IMG/VR virus record: IMGVR_UViG_3300020185_000041
Coordinates: 4,876-68,875 of that record
Direction: 5' to 3' (one strand)
DNA length: 64,000 nt
DNA from: a virus
Shown here one piece after another: positions 29,166 to 39,777 of this stretch (position 1 is the first letter of the stretch; the number at the start of each line of letters is the position of its first letter). The notes under the pieces were generated by a model. It ran no database searches. It saw nothing but the letters and a program-made list of their open reading frames with translations, and was not told the DNA's origin. The position numbers and the translations under genes are program-made.

Positions 29166-30467
29166 ATGAGCAGAGACCTGACAATCAGGCTGCTCGGCCG
29201 TCCGCAGGTATCTTCTGATAAGCGTACCGGGTTTAGCAAAGTATCTCGTCGCTATGTCGTCCAAGGCCCACGGGCTACACTTGCTGGTATTGTTGATTCT
29301 ACAAACCCGTTGTTCTTACCTTATGGAAGTACGGACGAAGAATTTACAGATTACTATTTAATCGAGCAGACTCTCGCTCCTGCGAGCGGCACGCTTGATA
29401 AAGCATATCTTGTTCGCGAATTTTTACAGATTAGTACAAGTGCGATTCAAGAGGCGTATACACAGACCAATGATTTGATTCGTGTGCGCAAACGCTTCGC
29501 TGTTCTTCGTAATAATGATACGGCTCTCGGATATGGAACATTGTGGGATTCTGTAAATGATAAGCATCCGATAACAAATTCATCATACATTGATCCATGG
29601 GAGTATGCACCTAGCTGGATAAAATCTTCAGCGCCAGGATCAAAGAATTATAATGTCGACAATGCGGATACTGATCATGGATTTACGGATACTCCGAAGG
29701 TCGGATCCGGAAGCCTTGGAACATTTGCCGGAGCTATTGCGAGCTCAGGGAATTGGATGGAAGGATATTCTGTAATGACCCAAGCTGGTTCCGGACTAGA
29801 TGTATGGACGGTTGAATGGGTAACGCATGCCGCACCATACTGGATTCTCGGTACTGGGAGCGGGAATAGGCGCAGAACTTCTTCCGTTAATGTTGTAGGC
29901 TTTGACGGTAACGGCCTGTACACCTCGGAATCCCTAGCATCTTCTGGAAGTGTTTCTTACACGACTCGGGCAATGACATATAACTTTTTTGTGCGGGCTA
30001 ATTCGATCCCATCGAATCTCGCGGAGATTGGTGGTGGATCTGCATCTGTATCTTTTAGCCCAACCGTCAGCTATGATTACGCCGTTACAGATAAAGAAGA
30101 TAAAACAACTTACTTTAGAAACATTATTAAAAATAGCGTTTGGGGCGGGAACAATTCTTTGTCTATTGACGGTAAGAATGTTGGCTCTGTTTCTGGAAAC
30201 TCCTTAATTCTTGACTTTACTGCGGAGCCCTCTGGTGAAGCCGGTTCTGGTGGAGTGATACCTTTTAAAGACTCCGATCACGCAAACTTTAGAGGCGCTC
30301 TCGTTAAATCTATAAAAGGAAACATCTCTTGGACTATGACCAAAGCAGGCTATAGCTGGTCCTCCAACTCAGGAACTTTCGGCCAAACAAAAACATCAAT
30401 CGCTCCTCTATTTTCAAAAGGATCTGAGAAGATCTGGAAGGTAGCCATTACATATGTTGGAGGATGA
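29166..30467 (+). CDS. Virion structural protein (tail)
   Basis: 433-aa beta-rich ORF in the tail cluster. Confidence 0.65.
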   Translation: MSRDLTIRLLGRPQVSSDKRTGFSKVSRRYVVQGPRATLAGIVDSTNPLFLPYGSTDEEFTDYYLIEQTLAPASGTLDKAYLVREFLQISTSAIQEAYTQTNDLIRVRKRFAVLRNNDTALGYGTLWDSVNDKHPITNSSYIDPWEYAPSWIKSSAPGSKNYNVDNADTDHGFTDTPKVGSGSLGTFAGAIASSGNWMEGYSVMTQAGSGLDVWTVEWVTHAAPYWILGTGSGNRRRTSSVNVVGFDGNGLYTSESLASSGSVSYTTRAMTYNFFVRANSIPSNLAEIGGGSASVSFSPTVSYDYAVTDKEDKTTYFRNIIKNSVWGGNNSLSIDGKNVGSVSGNSLILDFTAEPSGEAGSGGVIPFKDSDHANFRGALVKSIKGNISWTMTKAGYSWSSNSGTFGQTKTSIAPLFSKGSEKIWKVAITYVGG

Positions 30468-33345
30468 TCAAAAGTTTGAAGAGCTCGAATCTAAGCTCGC
30501 AGCTTTAAGCTCGCAGGTCGAAGACCTTGAGCAAGAGACCGAAGTCGATCCGTTCTTCGAGGACGATGTTCGTAGGGTAATAGACGATTTTAAAAGCCGT
30601 GAGCTCGCAGGTCTTGAGTCGGAGGACGAAGATTTTGATGATGATGATGACTCTAGCTCGGATGATTTTATAAGCGTTCAGACTACAGCAGGTCCAAGCT
30701 TTAAAACTCATTGGATTGCTCCGACATCCTGCGGAAATATGACCCGCGACCTTGCTCGCGATGCCTTTGTCAAAGGAGCCGCGGATAGATATGGTACTAG
30801 CCAGCAAGTAAACAACGGGGATGTTCTTATTTTACTATGCCGCGAGGCTGTGGCCGAAGAGCCGGAAGAGGGTAGCGAGGCTGAGGAGCCGGAGCCCCCC
30901 AAGAAAATATGTAGATATGTTGGGTTGGCTTATAATACATTAATTCATCCAGCCTCTACCGAGCCACCTAGCGAGACCGAAGAACTAATTTCTGCACCGG
31001 TTGGAAACTATGAAATATTTGTATGGAGCTCATGCGAATGCTCGGATGAGCCTGCAGAAACCGTTGTTCTCACGTCCATATTTGAAGAATCTACCGGGTC
31101 AACATCCAATGGAAACTATGCGAGCATTGGAGCTGACGAATCTCCAGACATGTCAAACGCTGACGGGTTATTGACTGAAGCTTCTCTAAGAAAAAGCGAA
31201 TATACAGACAGTTCTAATTTAGCCAAAGGACTGTCTAACACGCTATCTAAAAACGATGCCGGCTACAAAGCTCAGCTTGTACAGCTATCCAAGGATCTTA
31301 GCAGATACCATCTAGATCAAAAAAAGAATCCGCTGAATTTTGAAGCTGATAAGACAAATCTAAACTCTCATGGATTTGGTTCGGATCTTTTTGTATCCAA
31401 AAATCTAGAGCTTTCGAACGGAGAGTGCGGTAATCTTGAAACTGTAAGTATATCAGGAGAAACCTTTGACTTAGCTTTGCTTAAAGAAGGTACTCCTAGC
31501 TTAGCTTCTACTTTTCTTTCAACAGCAAAAATTAGCTTAGGTACTGCCGTAAGTATTGGCGGAACATTTAATTTAGATGTCTACGACACTAATCCAGTAT
31601 CGTTAGGATCTGACTTGGGATTAGTTACAGGAAGCACAGTATTCCTTCCGGTTATTTCGGAGACGAATGCGGATGAAATTGCTAATGCTGATACTATAGA
31701 TTCGCAGGCGTTTAGCTTAACAGGTGCTAATGTTTCCTCAGATAGCTCTGGTGTAACTGTATCTATTGGAACATCTGCTAGCACAATAGCTGCAAACTAC
31801 TCCTCCGGTTTATTGACGCACAAAGATGATCCAAATGTCAGTCCTGGTAGTATCAGTTTTACTATACCCAATGCTTCGGGCGGGACGGACGGGACGAGCG
31901 ACAACTACACACCTAATCTATTTAAAGCCTCAGTAAATAGTGGTACCGCGTCCGAGTTTTACGAAAAAAGCGTGTCTATATTTTCAAGCAGCGATGCATT
32001 AATCAACTTTGTAGACGGTGTCGCGGTATCGCTTTCTAACCCGTCGTATACTCGTATAAGCGGGCTATCTTTAGATGCATCTAATAAAGACGGAACTGTA
32101 GATGCTACAAAGCTATCCGATATATCAGTTCGTGGAGTGTACGATGTAATCTATGAGTCTGAGGAGACGGGGGATGCTCGATACTACATAGATTACATAT
32201 ATCAAGATATTACTCTTACTATTCAGAGCGGGTTGGTTACGCAGACAGAACTCGGATCTTTGACAACGGAATCAAAAGGCCCTATAAATGTACCGGGAGC
32301 AGATTTAAAATATGGTTGCGATCCCGAATATGGCTGTCAGCCAGATCCTGCTGGTGAGTTTTTTGATTCCTCATGCGGCTCAGTGTGCGAGTCTGAAGAG
32401 TTAATTCTTTCCTACAGGCCTTCAAATATTTGGATATATACAGAATCGTCATATGAAAATGGAGAGTTTTGTTTTAACCTTGAATCATCTCATGAATCAA
32501 CTCCGGCTGGTGCGGATTTACAAAACCAATTTTATACGAATGGCGGTCATTTAAAGGCTCAAAAGATTGCGGGTAAAAAAGTCGATAATTTCTATGTAAA
32601 CAATGTTCTAATTCCGGAAAACACTATTTATTATGCGGAGAAAGATCCGTACGATGTATGTAATGCTGTACGGTTTGAACATTCATTTAGAAGGTACCGC
32701 GAAAATATATTAGACGATGGTTCAAGATGTTGGACTTTTATTTCCGAACATATATACATGCCTGGGCAAGGAGACGATAGAACTGTAATATGTACTAATA
32801 ATGGGCGAGTAGTTTCTAAATTAGATGCCCTCGGTATAAATGTTCCCGAGTATCAAGTTAACAATTTACCTATCGGTCAGGACTTTTATGTCGATAGCAC
32901 AACAGGAGATTACAACGGAATTTCTATTCAATCTACGGCACCTGGAAATACGGAAAATCCACCGCTCGGCGAATGTTCAACAGCGGCTCAAATAGATTAT
33001 CAAGCAAGCGGGAATTCTACCCCATCTGAAATAGACCATGAAGATACAATAGTATATCCTAAAACTACATCGACTACAGATGTAAATGTAAAGTTAACAC
33101 TTCCGAGCGACGGGTATATAGGCCGCTCGGGTTTGAGCGCCCTATATCTAGGTTTTACAAATTCTGACGGGTCTAAACTAGAAAATCTGGAAGCTTACCC
33201 TTATCGAGATGACGAATTAAGGGGCAAACCGGTAGAATTCACTATTCGTATACCCGAAGGAAGTACGTCTTTAACATACGAAATTAAACTGTCTCCTATA
33301 GGCCTTCCGCCCGAATCATTTATTCTTCACTTAACTTCGCAATAA
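30454..33345 (+). CDS. Large acidic tail/spike protein
   Basis: 963 aa, Ser/Thr/Asp-rich with Cys clusters. Confidence 0.6.
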   Translation: MLEDDQKFEELESKLAALSSQVEDLEQETEVDPFFEDDVRRVIDDFKSRELAGLESEDEDFDDDDDSSSDDFISVQTTAGPSFKTHWIAPTSCGNMTRDLARDAFVKGAADRYGTSQQVNNGDVLILLCREAVAEEPEEGSEAEEPEPPKKICRYVGLAYNTLIHPASTEPPSETEELISAPVGNYEIFVWSSCECSDEPAETVVLTSIFEESTGSTSNGNYASIGADESPDMSNADGLLTEASLRKSEYTDSSNLAKGLSNTLSKNDAGYKAQLVQLSKDLSRYHLDQKKNPLNFEADKTNLNSHGFGSDLFVSKNLELSNGECGNLETVSISGETFDLALLKEGTPSLASTFLSTAKISLGTAVSIGGTFNLDVYDTNPVSLGSDLGLVTGSTVFLPVISETNADEIANADTIDSQAFSLTGANVSSDSSGVTVSIGTSASTIAANYSSGLLTHKDDPNVSPGSISFTIPNASGGTDGTSDNYTPNLFKASVNSGTASEFYEKSVSIFSSSDALINFVDGVAVSLSNPSYTRISGLSLDASNKDGTVDATKLSDISVRGVYDVIYESEETGDARYYIDYIYQDITLTIQSGLVTQTELGSLTTESKGPINVPGADLKYGCDPEYGCQPDPAGEFFDSSCGSVCESEELILSYRPSNIWIYTESSYENGEFCFNLESSHESTPAGADLQNQFYTNGGHLKAQKIAGKKVDNFYVNNVLIPENTIYYAEKDPYDVCNAVRFEHSFRRYRENILDDGSRCWTFISEHIYMPGQGDDRTVICTNNGRVVSKLDALGINVPEYQVNNLPIGQDFYVDSTTGDYNGISIQSTAPGNTENPPLGECSTAAQIDYQASGNSTPSEIDHEDTIVYPKTTSTTDVNVKLTLPSDGYIGRSGLSALYLGFTNSDGSKLENLEAYPYRDDELRGKPVEFTIRIPEGSTSLTYEIKLSPIGLPPESFILHLTSQ

Positions 33346-33346
33346 T

Positions 33347-36300
33347 ATGCCAAACTACGAATATCAAACTACTGTATCTTTGGGTGGTGAGTATAAAGAA
33401 AAAGCCCCAAGGAAAGAAGGCTTTACCACATATGTAAACGGTACCGTGGATGTTACAACTCCTGGTGAGTATGTAATTACATACACCCACTTAAAACCTG
33501 AGCCGTTTAAATCTATAACTGAGTCTAGATTAGTTACCGTATCTAATGAAGGTTCTTTAGATGATACGCCTGAGCCTATTGTCCATCTATATGGAAATAG
33601 TGTTGAAACTATTAGCCGAGGCCAAGAATTTGTAGATCCTGGTGCTTATGCACTTAGTCATCCAAATGCTCTAAGTAGTGATGCATCAAATTTAGTTGTT
33701 AAAACTGTATCCTCTGTAGAAGAAAATAGTTGGTCGTCCCAACCAGTTGGGAACTACACAATTTTATACTATGCGGTATCAGAAGGAAAGCGCGTAGGAT
33801 TTGCCGCTAGAACAGTTATTATAGAAGTAGGCCCGACCTTGCTAGAGTTGTACGGCTGTTCGAGACTGTATATAGAATATCCAGAAGACGGTACTGTGCC
33901 TATATATGCCGGTGTGGACTATTCTGAAAGCGGTTCGCATATTACTAAAGATGCAGGCTATAATATTGAGGGATCTGACTACGATTTAAAAATATTTGTA
34001 AAGCGAGAAAGTGGTGGGAACTCGTATATTGTTACACCTGATAATATATTTTTTACAGGCGACCCGGATTTTAGTCAGACTTTCAATATTTACTACTCGG
34101 TTACAACTTCTTCAGGCGTTCAGAAACTAGCTATTAGAGAAGTTACTATGGTTAAGCCTGGAGAAACTGATGGAAGCATTTTATCTGGTTTAGCATTTCA
34201 AGAAGAATCTGATGACGGATGTGCAGATGTTGCGCCAATAACCTCAGAAGATACAGAATACGATGATTTGTTTGATGAACTTGGAGATGCTATAAATGAC
34301 GATCCTGATTTAACAATTGGAGAGGATTTACCAGAGCCAGAAACTAATAATTCTCTAGTAGTTCTTTGTGCGGGAGATACTGCATATAATGGAAATATTT
34401 TTCCAAGTTCTTGGACTTCAAACCCTGGAAAGATTCCAGAAACTATTGTAGAAACTCATTATACACCCGCGAATCCCACGGGGTGGGATCTTTGGTGGAG
34501 GACAAAAACTGGTATGGTATTGCCAGGAGATACTGAGCAGACCGAATGGTTTGCAGAAAAAGGTACTATACCTTGGAGACTTCATAAAGTTCATAGCGAA
34601 ACAAAAGTTACATACTCCTATGGACTGGGGGCTGGAGTAGTATTTTTTAGAAACCCATCAAAAGATTTTATATTTTCTACACTTGAACCATACTACGACG
34701 CTGCTGGAAATCGAATTGGTGATATATTCTACGGATTTTATGGCGCGCATATATTTACCGAAGAATATGGATGGACGACCAATCAAACTAAGAATAGTGG
34801 CACATTATTTAATAGTGGAACTTATTGGGGTAAATCAGCTAGTTCTGTTACCCGTGTAACACAAGAGCTCAAAGACCACCATATGGAGGTACTCTCATCA
34901 GGAGATCATCAATATACAGACGATGGACAACCCTTGCGCGTTCTTAGCGATCCAAACAGTAATACGCTAACCTCTGGTCGTTATGCAGGTGTTGTATTTA
35001 ACTCGCACCCTTTATGGCATGCTTTTCAAATATCTATAAATACGCAAGATACAGGCACTGTTGCGGGTGAAGATGTTATTAGTCTTAGATGGTTTGATAG
35101 AGCTGGTGGGAGAGATGTTAGTTCTTATTGCGACTATTATATCCCCAATTCTGACCCTCCCACTCTTCCTCTATTTTGTAATACTACTCGCGATAATTAT
35201 TTAGGGTTTGATGGTTTTAATCCTTATTCAGGTCATGAGTATACACCCGCCGGTCCTATTCCTGGATGCCTTGTTGAAGTTACATGGACCGATAATCCTT
35301 ATTACAATACTTCACATCCTAATAATACAACTAATTACTCCAATATTCACCCTGGGTTTGATCACTTTTCGGCAGAATTCGAACAGTTTGTCTACTGGTT
35401 TTTAAAAGAAATTTACGAGGATGAGGTGCTCTATGTAAACAATAGGGGTGATCAAAGCTGGGTGCGCATTGATTCGGAAAACCCTACAATGAATAAGTTC
35501 ACCGGTTTAAAAGGTACATATTCTTGGAATCATTGGAGTGTTGCGCACCTCAGTGGTGGTGGTGAAGTTACACAGTGGGGGCTTAGATATATCAGTAATT
35601 TTAAAGCAGGCACCCGAATAATAGAAGATGACCCCGATAACAGCTTGGACAGTCTACCTGCTGGTCAAAACTACTATAAAGGTCTCGCTGTCTGGGATAA
35701 ATCTAGTGCAGGAAATGCTTGGGCAAATCCACAAGTTAATCCAGCTCAAGCGGTTCCGGTATACCCGCTAATATCCGGTAATTTAGACTATTCGGTACCT
35801 CACACAATTAATCCATGCACCCCACCTCCTCCATCCCTTCCTCTATTTTGTAATACTACAATTGATCCATATGAAGGATACGACGGAAATAATTCGTTCG
35901 CATACACACCGGGAGGCACCGTTCCTGCAATCCTTCTTGAAATTACATGGACGGATAATCCTTATCAAGGAAATCATACTTGGTCCTTGTATAAGTACTC
36001 CAACATCTCCCCGCATACCAACTATTTCGATATGCATGGCTCTGAAACTAAATGGCTTTTGAGAGAAATTTACGAGGATAAGGTGCTTTATATTAGTCTT
36101 AGTGGAGAGCAACGTTTTGTAACGATTGATCCGGGCGATCCTACAATGAATAAGTTCGTGGGTAGTAGAGGTACATATTCTTGGAATCATTGGAGTATGG
36201 CTTTCTACGAGGGTGTTCTTTATGGTCATAAATACCTTAGTAATTTTGAGACCGGTACTCGAATATTAGAAGATGACATTGATAACAGCTTGGGTAGTCT

Positions 36301-36490
36301 GGATCATTCAGGCCCGCATCAGGGTCAACAGTACTATAAAGGTCTCTTAGCCTTTGATAGAACCAATTCTTGTTGGGCGGATCCACAAAATAATCCCTCT
36401 AAAACGCTAAAGACATATCCGTACGGTGCTGTCGTATTCGATACTCCGCATACATACTTCATTAATGAAACAATTAATCCATGCACATAA
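33347..36490 (+). CDS. Tail protein with DUF5011-type Ig-like domains and a duplicated C-terminal domain
   Basis: GTVDVTTPGEYVITY, P...LYG......G.EFVDPGA; two about 220-aa copies LPLFCNTT...TINPCT. Confidence 0.75.
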   Translation: MPNYEYQTTVSLGGEYKEKAPRKEGFTTYVNGTVDVTTPGEYVITYTHLKPEPFKSITESRLVTVSNEGSLDDTPEPIVHLYGNSVETISRGQEFVDPGAYALSHPNALSSDASNLVVKTVSSVEENSWSSQPVGNYTILYYAVSEGKRVGFAARTVIIEVGPTLLELYGCSRLYIEYPEDGTVPIYAGVDYSESGSHITKDAGYNIEGSDYDLKIFVKRESGGNSYIVTPDNIFFTGDPDFSQTFNIYYSVTTSSGVQKLAIREVTMVKPGETDGSILSGLAFQEESDDGCADVAPITSEDTEYDDLFDELGDAINDDPDLTIGEDLPEPETNNSLVVLCAGDTAYNGNIFPSSWTSNPGKIPETIVETHYTPANPTGWDLWWRTKTGMVLPGDTEQTEWFAEKGTIPWRLHKVHSETKVTYSYGLGAGVVFFRNPSKDFIFSTLEPYYDAAGNRIGDIFYGFYGAHIFTEEYGWTTNQTKNSGTLFNSGTYWGKSASSVTRVTQELKDHHMEVLSSGDHQYTDDGQPLRVLSDPNSNTLTSGRYAGVVFNSHPLWHAFQISINTQDTGTVAGEDVISLRWFDRAGGRDVSSYCDYYIPNSDPPTLPLFCNTTRDNYLGFDGFNPYSGHEYTPAGPIPGCLVEVTWTDNPYYNTSHPNNTTNYSNIHPGFDHFSAEFEQFVYWFLKEIYEDEVLYVNNRGDQSWVRIDSENPTMNKFTGLKGTYSWNHWSVAHLSGGGEVTQWGLRYISNFKAGTRIIEDDPDNSLDSLPAGQNYYKGLAVWDKSSAGNAWANPQVNPAQAVPVYPLISGNLDYSVPHTINPCTPPPPSLPLFCNTTIDPYEGYDGNNSFAYTPGGTVPAILLEITWTDNPYQGNHTWSLYKYSNISPHTNYFDMHGSETKWLLREIYEDKVLYISLSGEQRFVTIDPGDPTMNKFVGSRGTYSWNHWSMAFYEGVLYGHKYLSNFETGTRILEDDIDNSLGSLDHSGPHQGQQYYKGLLAFDRTNSCWADPQNNPSKTLKTYPYGAVVFDTPHTYFINETINPCT

Positions 36491-36535
36491 TGCCAAGCGA
36501 TTGCTACACAATGAGAAAGCGGGGAGTATAAGGCG

Positions 36536-39500
36536 GTGAGGTTTTTCCGGATACCATCCTTCACCGGGATCGAAGCGCATCGCGATGACGCCGATCGCGG
36601 CTCCCTTCGTTTAGTCGAGGGTTGCTTACCGCACGGGCCGGGCGGTTTGCGTAGCGGTCCTGTGTGGAACAAGATCGGCGATGTTCAATATGTCGCGGAT
36701 GGTGACCAAAATAAAATATCTTCCGCAGATGATGGATTAGGAAATTCTATAGTCTTTGTATCCCGACAGAACGAGGTTCACGATATAGCACTATTAACCA
36801 CTGAACATACCGAGCTAGAATCTTTCACAGAGCAGGAAGAATTTACATTTGAAAATCCATCGCTTTATACCGCTGGTCCTGCAAATATTACTCCAATAGG
36901 TAATAAACTTTATGCCGTCGGAGACGGGAGTAATGGATCAATATTTGTAGGTAAAGGCCCGGACGATACTTTTGAAGTTTTTCCAGACGAAAGTTTATAC
37001 AGTCAAGAATGGTCAAGGTTTCCAAAATGTCAGTTCTTTGTTCAAGGGCCTAAGAAAACAATCTTTGCAGCAGGCAATCCAGATAAACCATTAACCGTAT
37101 ACATATCAGAGCCTGCAGGCCTGACCTCTCCGTATCGAGATACTCCTTACAGTACTGAGGATACAACCTATAACCAGGGCGTTCTTTCGACCGTCGACAT
37201 TTTAGGTTCGAATGCGAGCAAAATAACCGCACTTTCAACCCGAGGAGATCAAGTAGTAGTACATACGGACAAAGGATGTCATCTTCTATATGCACCAGCT
37301 CCAGACCAAGCAAATACCGGATATCGTGTTGAACAAGCACCAGCGACTAACTTCTCAGCAGCTGTAAATTCAAAAGTTGTTTCCCGAGCATCTGGATCAT
37401 TGACATATTGGGTAGGGCACGACGGCCAAGTTTACAAGGATGAGGCCGCAAGTCGTGGGTCGGAGGACTTAAGAAGTCGCGCTGATGAAGACCAAGCAAA
37501 CTGGAAAAGTAAGGGCGTATGGGAAGATGAATTACCTACAGACCTTACTAAATCTTTTGCTCTGTACTCCCCACAGACCGGGATGTACTGGTTCTTTGTA
37601 GAGTCCGAGGAAAAAAAAACTTTTGATCTAATTCCAAGAACCCCGTTGAGGGGGCCTAGGAATTTAATAGCTCGTATACTAGCCCCGTTTTTCGGACCAA
37701 CAAACCTAGAGGCAGTAATCCTTCCGCCAGAGGTTGGGCCCACAAATTTAGAGGCTGAAGTTCTTCCGCCAGAAGTTGGACCAACAAACCTAGATGCAGA
37801 AGTTTTACCACCAACTGAAGGGCCTACAAATTTAGAAGCTTTAGTACTTCCGCCGGAGGTTGGACCTACAAATCTAGAAGCTATAATTCTACCACCAGAG
37901 GTTGGACCTACAAATTTAGATGCAGAAGTTTTACCACCAGAAGTCGGACCTACAAATTTAGATGCTGAAGTTCTCCCGCCAGAAGTAGGACCTACAAATC
38001 TAGAAGCTATAATTCTACCGCCAGAAGTCGGACCTACAAACCTAGAGGCAGTAATTCTCCCGCCAACTGAAGGTCCTACAAATTTAGATGCAGAAGTTTT
38101 ACCGCCAGAGGTTGGACCTACAAATTTAGAGGTAGTAATTCTCCCGCCAGAGGTTGGACCTACAAATTTAGAAGCTATAATTCTCCCTCCAACTGAGGGT
38201 CCTACCAATTTAGAGGCAGTAATTCTCCCTCCAGAAGTCGGACCTACAAACCTAGATGTAGTAATTCTCCCGCCAGAGGTTGGACCTACAAATTTAGAAG
38301 CTATAATTCTACCGCCGGAGATTGGGCCTACAAATTTAGATGCGCTAGTACTTCCGCCGCAAGTCGGGCCAACTAATTTGCAGGCTGTTGAACTACTAGG
38401 TCCTTTCTTCGCTAATGTTGAAAATGTTGTCGGAGGGTGGAATTTAACCGGGTATTCTTCAGTAAAAAATACAGGTAACTGGACATCGTTTTTAAATTCC
38501 TACAATTTAAGAAATAATACTGGAACACCTGTGACTTTAAGTGTTCGGGCAGAAGTTGACAGCCAACTCGTTGACGCACATTTCCACAAAATATACATAC
38601 CGCAAGAGGTTATATTTAATCCCGATATCGATGATCCTTACTGGGATTCTGTAAACCGTTGGTACTATAAATCTGAGGTTGACGGTTTAACATATAATCA
38701 AGATGCAACCGTTGAAATAATATGGGCCGCATCAGCCGTAGCTCCTTACTTAGGACCAACAAATTTACAAGCTTCTATACCCGACGATTTTACCCCTGAA
38801 CCAGAAAGTAAATATATTGTCGTAGAAATATCTGAAGAGGGTACAAACCTTGATGACTTCAACGGTTGGCAAAGTAATGAGCTCGGATACAGCGATCCTG
38901 GAGGTTTACTCACAGTTGAAGAAACTAGATACCTTGGGACTACGAGCGAAAAATCCGGAGTAAAACACAATGTCGGAGCTCAAAGAATAGAAATCGGAGG
39001 GAGGAACGGGCATCTTAATTCCGTATATCATCCAGGAATTCTTGTAAGAAATGATAACGGATATTTTATGAATGGATCCGCTTACACCATGTCCGCTGTG
39101 GCTAATGAAGGTTGGTCGTTTACGGGCTGGGATATTAAGCACCTAAACACTACTCCAGAGTCTGAAAGGCTTGGTACTGCTGCGGGCGAAGTGCAAATTG
39201 TTAGTGGTGCTTTAGACAACCCTACAGATCTCACTCTTTTAGTAACTGACCATACAAACTATATAACCGTAAAAGCTGAATTTATTGACCTCGCCCCCGA
39301 CGCTGATGAAGTGCCCGATCCCGGAAACAAATATAACTTAGAAAATTGCGAGTGTGTAAGCGATAGCGGGTCTGGATTGGGAGACTTTGACACGCTCCAG
39401 GAGTGCGAAGATTGGAAAGCAGCAACTACTTTTAACTGTGTAGACGGGGAGTGTGTAGAAGATGATATGCAAATGGGTACATATTCAAGCTGCGCAGATT

Positions 39501-39622
39501 GCCAAGCAGCTTGCGGATCCGGCGGGTCTGATCCATGCGATGACATAGCTTTCGATTATGATATAAATTGTACACACATCGGACCCGACATGGGCGTTAA
39601 AACTCAATGCGACTGCCAATAA
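36536..39622 (+). CDS. Nozzle/tail-stabilisation-like N-terminal part fused to 17 tandem PPEVGPTNLEA repeats and Cys-rich C-terminal domains
   Basis: GTG start; N-terminal F.GI....D...G.L..V.G......G.L pattern and propeller-like strands; repeats at 37640-38390. Confidence 0.7.
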   Translation: MRFFRIPSFTGIEAHRDDADRGSLRLVEGCLPHGPGGLRSGPVWNKIGDVQYVADGDQNKISSADDGLGNSIVFVSRQNEVHDIALLTTEHTELESFTEQEEFTFENPSLYTAGPANITPIGNKLYAVGDGSNGSIFVGKGPDDTFEVFPDESLYSQEWSRFPKCQFFVQGPKKTIFAAGNPDKPLTVYISEPAGLTSPYRDTPYSTEDTTYNQGVLSTVDILGSNASKITALSTRGDQVVVHTDKGCHLLYAPAPDQANTGYRVEQAPATNFSAAVNSKVVSRASGSLTYWVGHDGQVYKDEAASRGSEDLRSRADEDQANWKSKGVWEDELPTDLTKSFALYSPQTGMYWFFVESEEKKTFDLIPRTPLRGPRNLIARILAPFFGPTNLEAVILPPEVGPTNLEAEVLPPEVGPTNLDAEVLPPTEGPTNLEALVLPPEVGPTNLEAIILPPEVGPTNLDAEVLPPEVGPTNLDAEVLPPEVGPTNLEAIILPPEVGPTNLEAVILPPTEGPTNLDAEVLPPEVGPTNLEVVILPPEVGPTNLEAIILPPTEGPTNLEAVILPPEVGPTNLDVVILPPEVGPTNLEAIILPPEIGPTNLDALVLPPQVGPTNLQAVELLGPFFANVENVVGGWNLTGYSSVKNTGNWTSFLNSYNLRNNTGTPVTLSVRAEVDSQLVDAHFHKIYIPQEVIFNPDIDDPYWDSVNRWYYKSEVDGLTYNQDATVEIIWAASAVAPYLGPTNLQASIPDDFTPEPESKYIVVEISEEGTNLDDFNGWQSNELGYSDPGGLLTVEETRYLGTTSEKSGVKHNVGAQRIEIGGRNGHLNSVYHPGILVRNDNGYFMNGSAYTMSAVANEGWSFTGWDIKHLNTTPESERLGTAAGEVQIVSGALDNPTDLTLLVTDHTNYITVKAEFIDLAPDADEVPDPGNKYNLENCECVSDSGSGLGDFDTLQECEDWKAATTFNCVDGECVEDDMQMGTYSSCADCQAACGSGGSDPCDDIAFDYDINCTHIGPDMGVKTQCDCQ
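37640..38392 (+). repeat. 42-bp (14-aa) in-frame tandem repeat array
   Basis: 17 GPTNL copies plus a degenerate GPRNL; synonymous variation between units. Confidence 0.95.
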
Positions 39623-39777
39623 TGAACACAGAAAACGAAAAACCTAAGCCCGAGCCAGAGAAATCGAAAGGTCTTGGAGACTCAATTAAAAAAGTAACCA
39701 ACAAGCTTGGTATAAAACAGTGCGGAGGTTGTAAGCGTAGGCAGGCAACTCTTAACAAATATTTCCCTTACAAATAA
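39622..39777 (+). CDS. Small CxxC protein (GLGD...GIKQCGGCKRRQ..LN)
   Basis: 51-aa ORF coupled on both sides by TAATG overlaps. Confidence 0.7.
   Translation: MNTENEKPKPEPEKSKGLGDSIKKVTNKLGIKQCGGCKRRQATLNKYFPYK

Noticed and set aside
35155-36487. Diversity-generating retroelement TR/VR pair
   Set aside because: Both copies are in-frame coding, differ at all base types and by indels, and no reverse transcriptase is present in the window
37432-38208. 258-aa minus-strand ORF (also 18251..18628 and 23601..23999)
   Set aside because: Antisense shadows of repetitive coding sequence
37640-38392. CRISPR array
   Set aside because: No unique spacers; the 42-bp period with third-position variation shows a coding repeat
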